A stretch of 46,086 nucleotides of DNA from a virus. Lineage: Duplodnaviria > Caudoviricetes. The translations under genes and the position numbers were made by a program. Shown here piece after piece: positions 17,656 to 27,087 of the stretch (position 1 is the stretch's first letter; each line of letters begins with the position of its first letter). A model generated the notes under the pieces. The model was not told where the DNA came from and did not search any database. It saw only the letters and a program-made list of their open reading frames with translations. The DNA is taken from IMG/VR virus record IMGVR_UViG_3300037311_000080, positions 1 through 46,086 of that record. One strand, 5' to 3'.

Positions 17656-19499
17656 TAAAAAGCCCCCGCAAGTCCGCGATTGATTGCTAAAAATCCGTTT
17701 TCTTGTTCACTAACTATTTTTGTATTTTCCGGCGCGCGTACAAATAAATCAACACGGGCATTATTTGTTTGCTGAACAAAGTCCCGATTCGCGCGCGTAC
17801 CTACTTCAAGCCCGCCGGCGGCTTCTGTTTGTAGAAGCGGACTGTTTTCTAGTTTTGGCCCGTTTACATTAACGCTTGCGTCGCCCCCCATGCCAAAAAA
17901 CTTTTTAACGGCGTTATATGCACCGGTAATTTTTCCGACAACTTCCGCGATACGATTTACAACTAAATCCATAGCGCCGACAAAATCACCTTGAAAAAGT
18001 TTAACTACGGCTTGCATTAAAACCTTCCAATTGTTCCATGCAAATTGAACCCATTGCCATAGAATGACAATTGCCGCGACAACGATTGCGACTTTAGCCG
18101 CAATAATTAAAAGCGAAACAATAAGCGGCGCAATTGACGCTTGAAAAATTACCATGCCGGCCGACATTAAAGGAAGCATTGTTAAAAAAGTTCCAAACGC
18201 AACAAGTAACGGGCCGACAACCGCAAGTAAAAGCGTAAATCCGATAATGACTTTTGCAATCGTTGGATTGTTTCGTAAAAAATCAAGGCCCGAACGAACA
18301 ACGTCAAAAAAAGCGACGATTGTAGGTTTTAGTTTTTCACCTAAGTCGATAGCCATATCGTTAATGTCGTTTTTAAATAATTGAAATTGGTTCGCTAAAC
18401 TTTTGCTTGCCGAATTAAATTCTTTGTTTAGTGCCGTGTTTTCTTTAAACCCTCGACTTGCTGTTTGAAGTTTTTCGTCAAGAAGCCCTACATTTTTAGC
18501 AAGCGTCCCCATAACTTGAATGTCCCGGACGCCCGACATACCGAAAAAATCGAGGGCTTTAGTCACGTCGCCGCCTGATTTTTCTACGGCATGAAGCCCT
18601 TGCGCAAATTCTCTCAAAACTCCGACGGCATCTTTTTTAAAGCGGTCTTTTAAATCGCTTGCTGCAATACCTGTTAGTTTTGACAACACTTGCATTTTTT
18701 GACCGCCGGTTCCTATGGCGTCGTTAAGCGCGCCCATTGCCCTTTGCACGGAACTTGAACCCGCTTCCGCTTCTATACCTACCGACTTGAGTGTCGTCGC
18801 TATGCCCAAAGCCTGCGTGCTACTAACGTTAAATACAGAAGTCGCGGCACCTAAACGAAGTGAAAAACTTAAAATTTCCGCTTCGGTTGCCGCCGACGTG
18901 TTACCTAATTCGACAAGTGCCGACGCAAAACGGTCGACGTCTCCGATTGAACCGCCGGTAACTTGAATAAAACGGGCTAAATCGCTGGCCCCTTCTTCAC
19001 CTACAATATTAGAAGCGCGGGATAATTTTGCAAGAGTTTCGGAAAACTTTACGACGTCGTTACTTTTTACACCTAACTGCGCCGCTGTTTGTCCTAATTG
19101 CAAAAGTTCTTCAACCGATACCGGAATCGTTTTCGAAAGGGCGCGAAATTGGTCGCCCATTGCGCGAAGTGCTGCGCCTTCCGTGTTCGTTGTTTTCCCT
19201 ACGCCAATCAAAGCCGTCTCGTAATCGGCAAAGGCTTTGACTGAAAGGCCCGCCGCGGCCAACGTTGGAAGCGTAACATATTTTGTTAATGCGCCCCCGA
19301 CGTCCTTAAACTTGTTTCCGATTGCGGAATATTTGTCTTGTAAATCTTTGGTCGCTAGATTGTAGTTTTGCAAAGCCTTCGCGGCCTTGTCTACCGCGCG
19401 CGATAAAACGGGAATGTTCGAAGCAACTTGACGGATTTTTGCCGACGTTTTATCTAACGCCTGCAATTTAATAAAAGCCGTAGTGCCTTCCATTCCCAT
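17655..19499 (-). CDS. Tail tape measure protein (about 614 aa)
   Basis: Ala/Gly-rich helical TP901-type core with hydrophobic C-terminal segments; follows the chaperone; ATG 19499 sits just after the stop of the frameshift extension. Confidence 0.92.
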   Translation of the reverse strand: MGMEGTTAFIKLQALDKTSAKIRQVASNIPVLSRAVDKAAKALQNYNLATKDLQDKYSAIGNKFKDVGGALTKYVTLPTLAAAGLSVKAFADYETALIGVGKTTNTEGAALRAMGDQFRALSKTIPVSVEELLQLGQTAAQLGVKSNDVVKFSETLAKLSRASNIVGEEGASDLARFIQVTGGSIGDVDRFASALVELGNTSAATEAEILSFSLRLGAATSVFNVSSTQALGIATTLKSVGIEAEAGSSSVQRAMGALNDAIGTGGQKMQVLSKLTGIAASDLKDRFKKDAVGVLREFAQGLHAVEKSGGDVTKALDFFGMSGVRDIQVMGTLAKNVGLLDEKLQTASRGFKENTALNKEFNSASKSLANQFQLFKNDINDMAIDLGEKLKPTIVAFFDVVRSGLDFLRNNPTIAKVIIGFTLLLAVVGPLLVAFGTFLTMLPLMSAGMVIFQASIAPLIVSLLIIAAKVAIVVAAIVILWQWVQFAWNNWKVLMQAVVKLFQGDFVGAMDLVVNRIAEVVGKITGAYNAVKKFFGMGGDASVNVNGPKLENSPLLQTEAAGGLEVGTRANRDFVQQTNNARVDLFVRAPENTKIVSEQENGFLAINRGLAGAF

Positions 19500-19500
19500 T

Positions 19501-19680
19501 TTATTTTTTTCCTTCCGCAAGTTTTTTTTCTACTGCTTCAACTTGCTTTTTCATTTGTTCGAACCAGAATTCTAATTCGTCCAAGTCAAAATTTAATAGT
19601 TCGGTTGCGCTAAAACGGAAATAACGGGCAAGACTTCCGACGACGTCTTGCCAATCCGTCGGCCAACCTATAGTAACTCC
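19501..19680 (-). CDS. Tail assembly chaperone -1 frameshift extension (P2 gpE'-like; not in ORF track)
   Basis: The -1 frame after GGGGGAG (19683-19677) reads GVTIGWPTDWQDVVGSLARYFRFSATELLNFDLDELEFWFEQ...KK and stops at 19501. Confidence 0.8.
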   Translation of the reverse strand, partial: GVTIGWPTDWQDVVGSLARYFRFSATELLNFDLDELEFWFEQMKKQVEAVEKKLAEGKK

Positions 19681-19943
19681 CCCACGGCCTCCACTACCGA
19701 CAAAACATCTTTTGCGCTCATTTCTTGAAATGCTGCAAAAGGTACGTCGCTAATTTTAGAAGCTAAAATTAAAAGGTCTTTTGTCGTAGGGTTGTTTGGC
19801 ATTAACATTAAATGCTTCCCGCGCGGGGCATTCAAAACAACTTCTTTAATGTAACCTTCGTCGCCCCATTCAATCGGTTCGACAAGTCTTACCTTTTTTG
19901 TTTTCGGTCCCTTTTTTGGTTTTTCGTTCTCTACTTTTTCCAT
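19668..19943 (-). CDS. Tail assembly chaperone (Mu gp41 / P2 gpE-like)
   Basis: Between tube and tape measure; L..PI, PRGKHL, MSAKD motifs. Confidence 0.85.
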   Translation of the reverse strand: MEKVENEKPKKGPKTKKVRLVEPIEWGDEGYIKEVVLNAPRGKHLMLMPNNPTTKDLLILASKISDVPFAAFQEMSAKDVLSVVEAVGELL

Positions 19944-19963
19944 GCTGCAACCTCTCTTTTAGA

Positions 19964-19983
19964 CTGCGGGGTTTCCCCCGCAG
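19964..19983 (-). other. GC-rich hairpin with GAAA tetraloop after the tail tube gene
   Basis: CTGCGGGG-GAAA-CCCCGCAG, perfect 8-bp stem; no strong U tract, so possibly a stabiliser or partial terminator. Confidence 0.6.
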
Positions 19984-19996
19984 CATAGTTTTTTGA

Positions 19997-20353
19997 TTAA
20001 CGAATTTCTTCCGCACTTTTGCCGGAAAATTTTGCCGCGATTTCGCCTTCTTCTGTAGTGGCGTTTCCGTCACCCGAAAAGAACGCTTGTCGAAGAACAA
20101 TAATTTTATTGTTCGCAAGCGACAAAGTTACCGTTGCGTCTTTAAGACTTAGAAGCGTTTTTAAATCTAGGTCTTCGCTATCGGTAATCGCGCCTTCAAT
20201 CATTGGCTCTTGCGGAAGTTCTTTATAACCATGAACCCCATCGGAACCTAGAACGATGTCGCGTTTTGCAACGCCTAGATTGTACGTCCAGCTACCTTTT
20301 GCAAGGTATTGCTGGCCGTTCGCTTTAACTTCAATAATTCCACCAACTCTCAT
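19997..20353 (-). CDS. Tail tube protein, Mu gpM-like
   Basis: G.DGVHGYKE.P..P.IEG.I.D motif; follows the sheath gene. Confidence 0.92.
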   Translation of the reverse strand: MRVGGIIEVKANGQQYLAKGSWTYNLGVAKRDIVLGSDGVHGYKELPQEPMIEGAITDSEDLDLKTLLSLKDATVTLSLANNKIIVLRQAFFSGDGNATTEEGEIAAKFSGKSAEEIR

Positions 20354-20366
20354 TTAAAACCCCCTA

Positions 20367-21839
20367 TTATAAAAGAAATCCAATTTTTACACCGACAATC
20401 ATTAATTGATTTACTAAATCAGGCGGCATTAAAACGTCGATACGATTCGGATTAGTTGAACTACGCTCTACGATTAAGTCTTCTTTGAATTGGTCGAAAC
20501 CTTCGACTAATCCGCGTTCTTCCCAATCGCGGAATTTCGCAATTGTTTCCGCTTTGATGACGTTCGGTGTAACAATCGCTTGCCCTTGCGCAAAACGGGT
20601 TCCGTCATTTGCAAGTTTATGGCGCGGATACTTTGAAGTAATTGTCGCTTTGTAATCAAAACGCAAATACGAAAGCGTTAGAAGCGTCGGTAAATCTAAA
20701 TATGATAAATCGGGGCTTCCAAACGAATTCAATTTGTAAGTTGTAATTTCACGTTCAATCAAAACGTTGTCGCCGGCGTCGACCATGAAAGTAGAAATTC
20801 CGTTATTTAACAAAATGTCTTTTTCCAAAAGCGTGAAGCGGCTTGTTTGTTTCGGCGCCAAAATGCCCGAAAGTTTCAACGTTTGAAATGGTCTTGCGGG
20901 GTCAATCGAAGCACTTGCCGCAATTTGTCCCGCGCGCGCACTCGCCCATTGCCAAGGTGAATTAGGTCCGCTAACCGCACCAATATCTGTAAATTGCGAA
21001 TTACGCGTATTGCCCAAAGTAACAAGCGCCGAATGCGACGCACGTTTTCCGTAAATGCAATAACCGTCGTTAGCTTCAAGCGGCCCAAAACGGCCCGTCA
21101 ATTCCGTCTCAATTTTTCCGAACGTGGCACTATCGACATACGGGGACACCATTAAAATATATTGCACGTCGCCCAATACCGGCCAAACAGTGTCAACGTC
21201 GGGATTTCCCGCGCCGCCGGTCATTGCAGTTACCGCAACCGTTAGGCCCGCGGGAACAACTTCACCGGAAAAATACGAAACCGTAATATCAATTTCGTTT
21301 CCGAATTCGCCTTTGTTTTTTGCTGTTAAATCAACTTCAAAATTGTTAGTCCCGTTTACGACGGCGCTAACTACGCAATCGGTATTCGCTTGAATTGCCG
21401 CGGCTAAAGCCGTTGCAAGCGACGCCGGCGTCGAAGCCGTGCTAACTGCGACTTGAATACGAAGACCACCGATCATGATTGAAACAATTCCCGCCGCTGT
21501 AGGTGTACCCGTAAAAGTAATTTTACCGGTTGCCGCAACGCCTGCGACTAAATCGTCAAGAGCTACGCACCAAAGCGGAGTCGATTTATTATTTTGCAAA
21601 AACTTAACGGCCATGTCCGCAAGTAAAGAACCTGCACCAAAATATGTTTTAGCTTGCGTTTCACTTGTTACAAGTTCCGGTTGTAGCGCCGGAATTGTAC
21701 CCGCCGTTCTACGGTTTCCGATTAACAACACTTTATAGGGTTGCAAAACCCCGCCTTGATTGGCGTTTGAATTATCAAACTCGGCATAAAATAGCGGGAC
21801 TCGAATTCCCGCCGGAATCTGGTTAAAAGAAATAGTCAT
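20367..21839 (-). CDS. Contractile tail sheath protein, Mu gpL-like
   Basis: ISFNQIP..RVPLFYAEFDNS.A, DPARP.QTL.L, YPRHKLANDG, PPDLVNQL. Confidence 0.96.
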   Translation of the reverse strand: MTISFNQIPAGIRVPLFYAEFDNSNANQGGVLQPYKVLLIGNRRTAGTIPALQPELVTSETQAKTYFGAGSLLADMAVKFLQNNKSTPLWCVALDDLVAGVAATGKITFTGTPTAAGIVSIMIGGLRIQVAVSTASTPASLATALAAAIQANTDCVVSAVVNGTNNFEVDLTAKNKGEFGNEIDITVSYFSGEVVPAGLTVAVTAMTGGAGNPDVDTVWPVLGDVQYILMVSPYVDSATFGKIETELTGRFGPLEANDGYCIYGKRASHSALVTLGNTRNSQFTDIGAVSGPNSPWQWASARAGQIAASASIDPARPFQTLKLSGILAPKQTSRFTLLEKDILLNNGISTFMVDAGDNVLIEREITTYKLNSFGSPDLSYLDLPTLLTLSYLRFDYKATITSKYPRHKLANDGTRFAQGQAIVTPNVIKAETIAKFRDWEERGLVEGFDQFKEDLIVERSSTNPNRIDVLMPPDLVNQLMIVGVKIGFLL

Positions 21840-22051
21840 TATTTACCCCCGCTTTCTTTTTTAAAACTTTTGTGTTCAATTTTTTCTGTTTTCTTTTCTT
21901 CTTTTTGTTCGCAAAGTGTAACATCCCCGCACGCAAGACGACGATTCCAATAAGTCGAACTAACGACAAGTTCGCCGTCTTCTGAAATCGCACGTTTTGT
22001 CACCGGGTCGATTACTGTTTGGCCTTTTTTCGGAACTACTTTTATTTGCAT
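21839..22051 (-). CDS. DUF2635 / Mu gp38-like protein
   Basis: V.DP...G..V..STYWNRRL..GDV motif directly before the sheath. Confidence 0.85.
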   Translation of the reverse strand: MQIKVVPKKGQTVIDPVTKRAISEDGELVVSSTYWNRRLACGDVTLCEQKEEKKTEKIEHKSFKKESGGK

Positions 22052-22061
22052 CGAACCCCCT

Positions 22062-22640
22062 CTAATATTCTACTTTGTCGTTAGCATCGACTTGAATGTC
22101 GGTCGGGCTTAACGGCCCTTGGTGTCCGACTTTCCATTTCGTATCAATGACTTTTAAATCGTCAAGACAAGCGGCGCCTTCTAAAATTGCGTCTCTAAAA
22201 TACTCGACGTTATAAGTTAAAATTAATGAACCGAAAGGACTTTCCCCGTCGGCTTGCGCTTGATAATTTGCGCCTGTTAACTCTAAAAAGTTAACTTCTT
22301 TTAAACCTAACCGTTCGTCTTTTTCCATTAGGTCTTCGACGGTTTCCGCTAACACTTCAAGTCTGCGGTCTAAATCGTCGTCGGTGTTTCCGGTATCAAT
22401 GCACTCGATGTTTACTGTCAAATTACGGCGATAGTTTTTAGGGGCTTGATTAAAACGTCGAACGTCTTCGTCAATCGAATAGATTAACAAAATTGGGAGC
22501 GCGTTCGGTTCGTCCGTTTTTGTCGGAACCGTTCGGCCTATATAAACACGGTTTTTTGCTTCCGTGTTATTTAACAAAAGGTCACGCACGGCCGTCTTAA
22601 TTCGACGTTTAACGTACCTTTGTGTCTGCAATTCGATCAT
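22062..22640 (-). CDS. Putative tail terminator / completion protein
   Basis: RVY.GR..P, LPILLIY; position between head-tail joining gene and sheath. Confidence 0.7.
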   Translation of the reverse strand: MIELQTQRYVKRRIKTAVRDLLLNNTEAKNRVYIGRTVPTKTDEPNALPILLIYSIDEDVRRFNQAPKNYRRNLTVNIECIDTGNTDDDLDRRLEVLAETVEDLMEKDERLGLKEVNFLELTGANYQAQADGESPFGSLILTYNVEYFRDAILEGAACLDDLKVIDTKWKVGHQGPLSPTDIQVDANDKVEY

Positions 22641-22965
22641 TTATGTCAACCCTATGTAGTCGTAGTTTTGCGCCGCCTTGACCGTCTTCAATTTTATCGA
22701 CAATTCGATACTTGATTCCGCGGACTTCGCAAAGATCATTCGTCATAATTTCAAAGGAAAAATCGTTTAAGTTGATTCCTAATTCCGGTTGATTTACCGA
22801 CAACACTTGTTCCGTATCCAAGTCGAGGGCTTGACCTTCATTATTAAACACGGCGCGCCCGGTATGCACGCCGCCTACAGTGTTACGGGGAAAAAATTTT
22901 ACGTCTTCCCCGAACACTTGCATAGAATGGTTTAAAATGTTGTCAACACGTTGTCGGAAATCCAT
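22609..22965 (-). CDS. Head-tail joining (head closure) protein
   Basis: FGE.V.F.P and Y.I.D..EDGQG..L.L motifs; gene position. Confidence 0.75.
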   Translation of the reverse strand: MDFRQRVDNILNHSMQVFGEDVKFFPRNTVGGVHTGRAVFNNEGQALDLDTEQVLSVNQPELGINLNDFSFEIMTNDLCEVRGIKYRIVDKIEDGQGGAKLRLHRVDINDRIADTKVR

Positions 22966-22977
22966 TCTACTTCGCTA

Positions 22978-23307
22978 TTAGCATCCGCCCAATGGCAATA
23001 ATACTTGTACCGAAGTTTCGCCCGCCGCTGCGCCTTTAAAAGCCCAACCCGCTGCGAAGTCCCCGCCCGTAGCTACGATTTCTTTTGTAGAAGTTTCGTA
23101 TTGAACCGCTACGCCAATTGCTAAAACAAGCGCGCTTGCTTTAGGGAACGAATAAACTCCGAGGAGTGAATATTCGCCGCTTTGGTTCGCTTCGTATTTG
23201 CCACAAGCTACGCCGACAAGGGCGCCAATTTGAATCATTTCGCCGCTTTCAACCGCTGCGGTGTGAGCGTATGTAATATATTTTCCGTCTTTTACTGCGT
23301 TTTTCAT
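22978..23307 (-). CDS. DUF2190-like capsid decoration / cement protein
   Basis: MKN.V..G, V.SG....G...GVA, GVYSFPK; GAGGT RBS before ATG 23307. Confidence 0.85.
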   Translation of the reverse strand: MKNAVKDGKYITYAHTAAVESGEMIQIGALVGVACGKYEANQSGEYSLLGVYSFPKASALVLAIGVAVQYETSTKEIVATGGDFAAGWAFKGAAAGETSVQVLLPLGGC

Positions 23308-23341
23308 AGTCGTTACCTCATGTTGTAAATTGTTTTTGTTA

Positions 23342-23360
23342 TGCGGGCTTAACGCCCGCA
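23342..23360 (-). other. Hairpin immediately after the capsid gene
   Basis: TGCGGGC-(5 nt)-GCCCGCA perfect 7-bp stem; no U tract on the coding strand. Confidence 0.5.
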
Positions 23361-23379
23361 CTTGCTAATTTTCTACTAA

Positions 23380-25398
23380 TTAACCGTTACGGATTGCCGC
23401 GCGTGGGTCAATCAACTTCATTCCAAAATGGTGACGCACTTTAATTTCCATTCCGTCAACACTCCAAGGCTCGTGAATAAAAGTTTCTGGACCTTTACCT
23501 TGCAATGAAGCCATTTCACCCATTGGCAATTGGCCTTTATCGGCGCAAGTGTACCAACGTGAAGTAGAAGAAGCGTCAAGGCGTGGCTCTACAAGAAGTT
23601 TCAACTTGTTATAGAACGGATTCGTATTTCCGGGAGTTTCGGCAAGAATATTTTGCGAAACAAATTGTTCGCCGATGGTCTCGAGTTCCGCCGGAACTAC
23701 AAGCCATGACATATTTAGGTTAATCAACTCGCCGTCAAGGTCACGCATTAGGCGCATAGCTTTTCTATGTTGACCCAAAGACCCTACCGCAATCGCGCCC
23801 GCGCTAATAACGTTGTTATGAGCGGCACTAAAGAACGGTTGTCCGTCGGAAAGGTTGCCGTTAGCAATAATAAGCGACCAAAAAATTTCATTTTCTTTTT
23901 CTTTTGCACGACGGCCCATTTCACTCGGAATAATGGAAAGCGCATCCATGTCGTCGTTAACAATCATTTCGTACGTTTTACCGATACGAAGACCGTATTT
24001 TTTAACAACATACTTTTCGCCGTTTTCAACTAAAGAAGTTTTTTCATATTCACCGTGTTCGTTTACTTCTTTAAGCGTTCCGCCTTTTGATAACATAATG
24101 CTAGTGATTTCTTTAAAATCTTTTGCAGTACGCACGCGAACAAACGGCATAAACGTTGACGGAGCGGAATCGTAACCTTCGCGCAAAGATTTATTTGCTG
24201 TATTAGCAAAAATCAAAGGGAAGTCCGAAGTGTGGTGAAGGGCGCGACCTACTAGGTCCGTAATATTCATGTCGTGCGCTTCGCTAACGCCCGATAATGC
24301 TAAATATTTACGAATCATTTGCTGTAAAGAACCTTGCATAAATGGGTTAGCGCCTTCAACTTTATGTTGTTCCGGTTTTGTTTGGGCCAAAACTGCGCGT
24401 TGGAATGCGTCTTGTCTCTCTTTTTGTGGTGTACTCATGTTGTTTACCTCTACGTTGTAATTGTTAATTTTTGAACCTGTTCGTTTTTCCAATTCTTTAA
24501 AAATTTCTTTTCGGGCGTCTTCGACTGTTAATTTTTCAGTCAAAAGTTTATCCGCAAATTCGTCCGTTAGGCTAGCGACTTTTACAAGTCTACGAATTTC
24601 GAGACTATCGTCCATTGCCTGTTTACGAATTGCTTCCGCATCCGGTGTTTGTACTTCGCCGCTTCTTGTTTCCGCTTCACCGGGTTGCGCAGCGGGAACA
24701 ACTTCCGCAGCGGGCGGTGCTACTTGTTCCGTTACCGGAGCGGGCGCCGCTTCCGGTTGAACAGTAGGCGCGGGAACTTCTTCTTGTCTAAGATCAACCG
24801 CTGCGGGTTGATTTTCAACGTCCATAGTTACCCCCTCTTTTTCTTCTTGTACTACTTCGCATTCCATAGTTTCGGTTTTAGCATTACGGGCTTGCGCCGC
24901 CGCATCCGCGGGAATCCCTACAAAAGATAATTCCATAGGAAGCCAATCGACGGCTCTAAGGACGGGCGCGCCTTCGACTTTTTCCTTTAGTTCTTCGTAG
25001 CGATTAACTCTATAACCTACGCTAATGTTGCGAATAATTCCGTTTTTAATGTCTTCGACGATGCCTTTAACTTCGTCCCGACTCGACAAGCGAACCGTCG
25101 CAATGCCGACGCCATCTTTTATTTTTGCGTCTTCTACAACCCCGATTACGTCGCGTAAATCGTAGTTGTTATGATTATTCAAAAGCGGCGCGCCGCTGTT
25201 TAAGCGGTCTAAATTTACGTGCGCTTTTTTTACTGAAAGTTCTTCGTAATATTCCCCGTCAAAATAGGAATATCTTTTCACGCGCGCGCCGGTAGTCCAT
25301 ACGACTTCAACCGTATTTCTTACAGCGTCAAACGTGCTAGGCTTAAAGCCCCCGCGGATTTCCATATTGCCGGGACTAACTTTAATTTTCTTCTGCAT
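23380..25398 (-). CDS. Prohead protease - scaffold - major capsid protein fusion
   Basis: HK97-type protease motifs (PLLNNHN, ISVGY, ELSFVGIPAD), P/A/E-rich linker, capsid motifs (TSDFP, DFK, IVNDD, LVVP, PRLD); GGGGG RBS before ATG 25398. Confidence 0.92.
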   Translation of the reverse strand: MQKKIKVSPGNMEIRGGFKPSTFDAVRNTVEVVWTTGARVKRYSYFDGEYYEELSVKKAHVNLDRLNSGAPLLNNHNNYDLRDVIGVVEDAKIKDGVGIATVRLSSRDEVKGIVEDIKNGIIRNISVGYRVNRYEELKEKVEGAPVLRAVDWLPMELSFVGIPADAAAQARNAKTETMECEVVQEEKEGVTMDVENQPAAVDLRQEEVPAPTVQPEAAPAPVTEQVAPPAAEVVPAAQPGEAETRSGEVQTPDAEAIRKQAMDDSLEIRRLVKVASLTDEFADKLLTEKLTVEDARKEIFKELEKRTGSKINNYNVEVNNMSTPQKERQDAFQRAVLAQTKPEQHKVEGANPFMQGSLQQMIRKYLALSGVSEAHDMNITDLVGRALHHTSDFPLIFANTANKSLREGYDSAPSTFMPFVRVRTAKDFKEITSIMLSKGGTLKEVNEHGEYEKTSLVENGEKYVVKKYGLRIGKTYEMIVNDDMDALSIIPSEMGRRAKEKENEIFWSLIIANGNLSDGQPFFSAAHNNVISAGAIAVGSLGQHRKAMRLMRDLDGELINLNMSWLVVPAELETIGEQFVSQNILAETPGNTNPFYNKLKLLVEPRLDASSTSRWYTCADKGQLPMGEMASLQGKGPETFIHEPWSVDGMEIKVRHHFGMKLIDPRAAIRNG

Positions 25399-26815
25399 TT
25401 TCGCCCCCGTTTTGGTCAATTAATTGTCCTGAATCGTCTTTAATTCGGGCGTCGCTATCTAAAGTTAGCCCTAATTTATCGAGTAATTCCATGTCTTTTT
25501 TGTATTGTTCTAAATGTTCGACGGGGTCTTTGCCATAACTCATAATGGCCTCACTTAATGTTTCAAAACCCGCCTTGACCGATTTAATTTTCGCCGGAAC
25601 TTCTTTAGTCGGGTCAATCATTTCCCGACGAGGCGGCGTGTGAATCGCTTTTATGCCGTCAATTTTTAAACCGTTAATGCTTTGAACCCGTAAAAAATCC
25701 GCGGCGACAACATCTAAAAACTGCGGAATAATAATATTGTTCCGCCATACTTCAATATTGCGTTGGAAATCTAACCAACCCATGCGCGCGCTAGAAAAAT
25801 TTACGTTTGATAAATCACCCGTCAAAACTTCATAGGTCACACCATAACCCGCCGCAATGGAATGTAAAACCGCAGTCGTATATTCTTTATAATTTGTTAA
25901 CGTTGGCGGATTTCCAAACTCAACGGTTTTGCCCGGCGGTAGTTCTTCAATAATTCCGGGTTCAAACCTCCCCGCTAAATCGCTCCCGCAGTCGTCATCT
26001 TGGTCAAAAGAATCGGCGCCAATATCTCGAATGAAAGCAACGAAGCACGCCGCAATTTTTTGACGAACTAGCTGCGCGTCTTGATAATCGTCAAAATCTT
26101 TTAAACGAACAATAATCGACGCGCACCACGGAACGCCCCGCATTTGTCCGGGACGGTCGGCGCGAAAAACGTGCATTAAATCGTCGCGCGAAACTCTTTT
26201 TGAATCATAACTTTTATTGTATGCCGCAAATTCAGTGCCGCCCGGATGTCGGTCGAATATCCAATACGCAACGACTTTGCCATTTTCGTCTTGTTCTATT
26301 CCTTGCTGAATTAAATTTCCGTTTTGCGTTTTAATTTGATCTTTTGTCGTGTCGATAAAATCCGGTTCCAGAATTTGATAACTTAATGGCGCCTTCGGGT
26401 CGGAGCTATATTTTTTTAAAATAATAACTTCGCCCGACTCGTTAACTGCGTCCATAACCATACTTTGAAACGCAAAAATGTTTTTTCGACCTTCAAAATC
26501 AAACGCCGGCGTATGCGCCCACGCTTTAAAGTCTTGATTTAATTTGTCGATTGGCTTGTCTTGCGCACGAAATTGCGTGCGAATACCCGGCCCAATAACG
26601 TTTGAAGTAATAACTTGAACAGCTTTTGCAGCGTAGGGATTGTTTCGGCGAAGGTCGCGCGACCGATTACGAAGCATCGGTAAACTATAAATAGTTTCCG
26701 CATTAGCACTTGTACTAGGCGTGTACCAACGCGAAAGGCGCTTCGTTTTTGCAGCGCCTTCGTAACTTCGTTTAGCTTTTTTTTGTCGGAACAATGTTGT
26801 AAAATTTAAAGCCAT
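25382..26815 (-). CDS. Portal protein, lambda family
   Basis: YEGA...R..W, RNRSRDL.RNNPYA, RPGQ.RGVP, LTGDLSNVNFSSAR, IDP.KE. Confidence 0.96.
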   Translation of the reverse strand: MALNFTTLFRQKKAKRSYEGAAKTKRLSRWYTPSTSANAETIYSLPMLRNRSRDLRRNNPYAAKAVQVITSNVIGPGIRTQFRAQDKPIDKLNQDFKAWAHTPAFDFEGRKNIFAFQSMVMDAVNESGEVIILKKYSSDPKAPLSYQILEPDFIDTTKDQIKTQNGNLIQQGIEQDENGKVVAYWIFDRHPGGTEFAAYNKSYDSKRVSRDDLMHVFRADRPGQMRGVPWCASIIVRLKDFDDYQDAQLVRQKIAACFVAFIRDIGADSFDQDDDCGSDLAGRFEPGIIEELPPGKTVEFGNPPTLTNYKEYTTAVLHSIAAGYGVTYEVLTGDLSNVNFSSARMGWLDFQRNIEVWRNNIIIPQFLDVVAADFLRVQSINGLKIDGIKAIHTPPRREMIDPTKEVPAKIKSVKAGFETLSEAIMSYGKDPVEHLEQYKKDMELLDKLGLTLDSDARIKDDSGQLIDQNGGENAEEN

Positions 26816-26819
26816 TTAT

Positions 26820-27080
26820 TTAATCACAATCGTTTAAGCCTTTCGAATGAACCGCGACTATACGCGACCCCCCAAAAATACCGGCGTCCCCACATTTTTT
26901 TGTTACACCCAACCGCTTTGCCACCATGTCGCGCGCTTTAACAAGGTCTTCCATGCTTCTATATTCGATTTCTTTATCTGAATATTTTACACGCAACGCG
27001 CCTTCTACTATTGCTTTTTCCAATGCATAGAGGGCTTCGAAGGTAAATGCTGTTTTATATTCTTTTAAATTGCAAGCCAT
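26820..27080 (-). CDS. Head completion protein, lambda gpW-like
   Basis: LEKAI..G...V.Y.DKEIEYRS..DL; between terminase and portal. Confidence 0.85.
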   Translation of the reverse strand: MACNLKEYKTAFTFEALYALEKAIVEGALRVKYSDKEIEYRSMEDLVKARDMVAKRLGVTKKCGDAGIFGGSRIVAVHSKGLNDCD

Positions 27081-27087
27081 AAATTAT

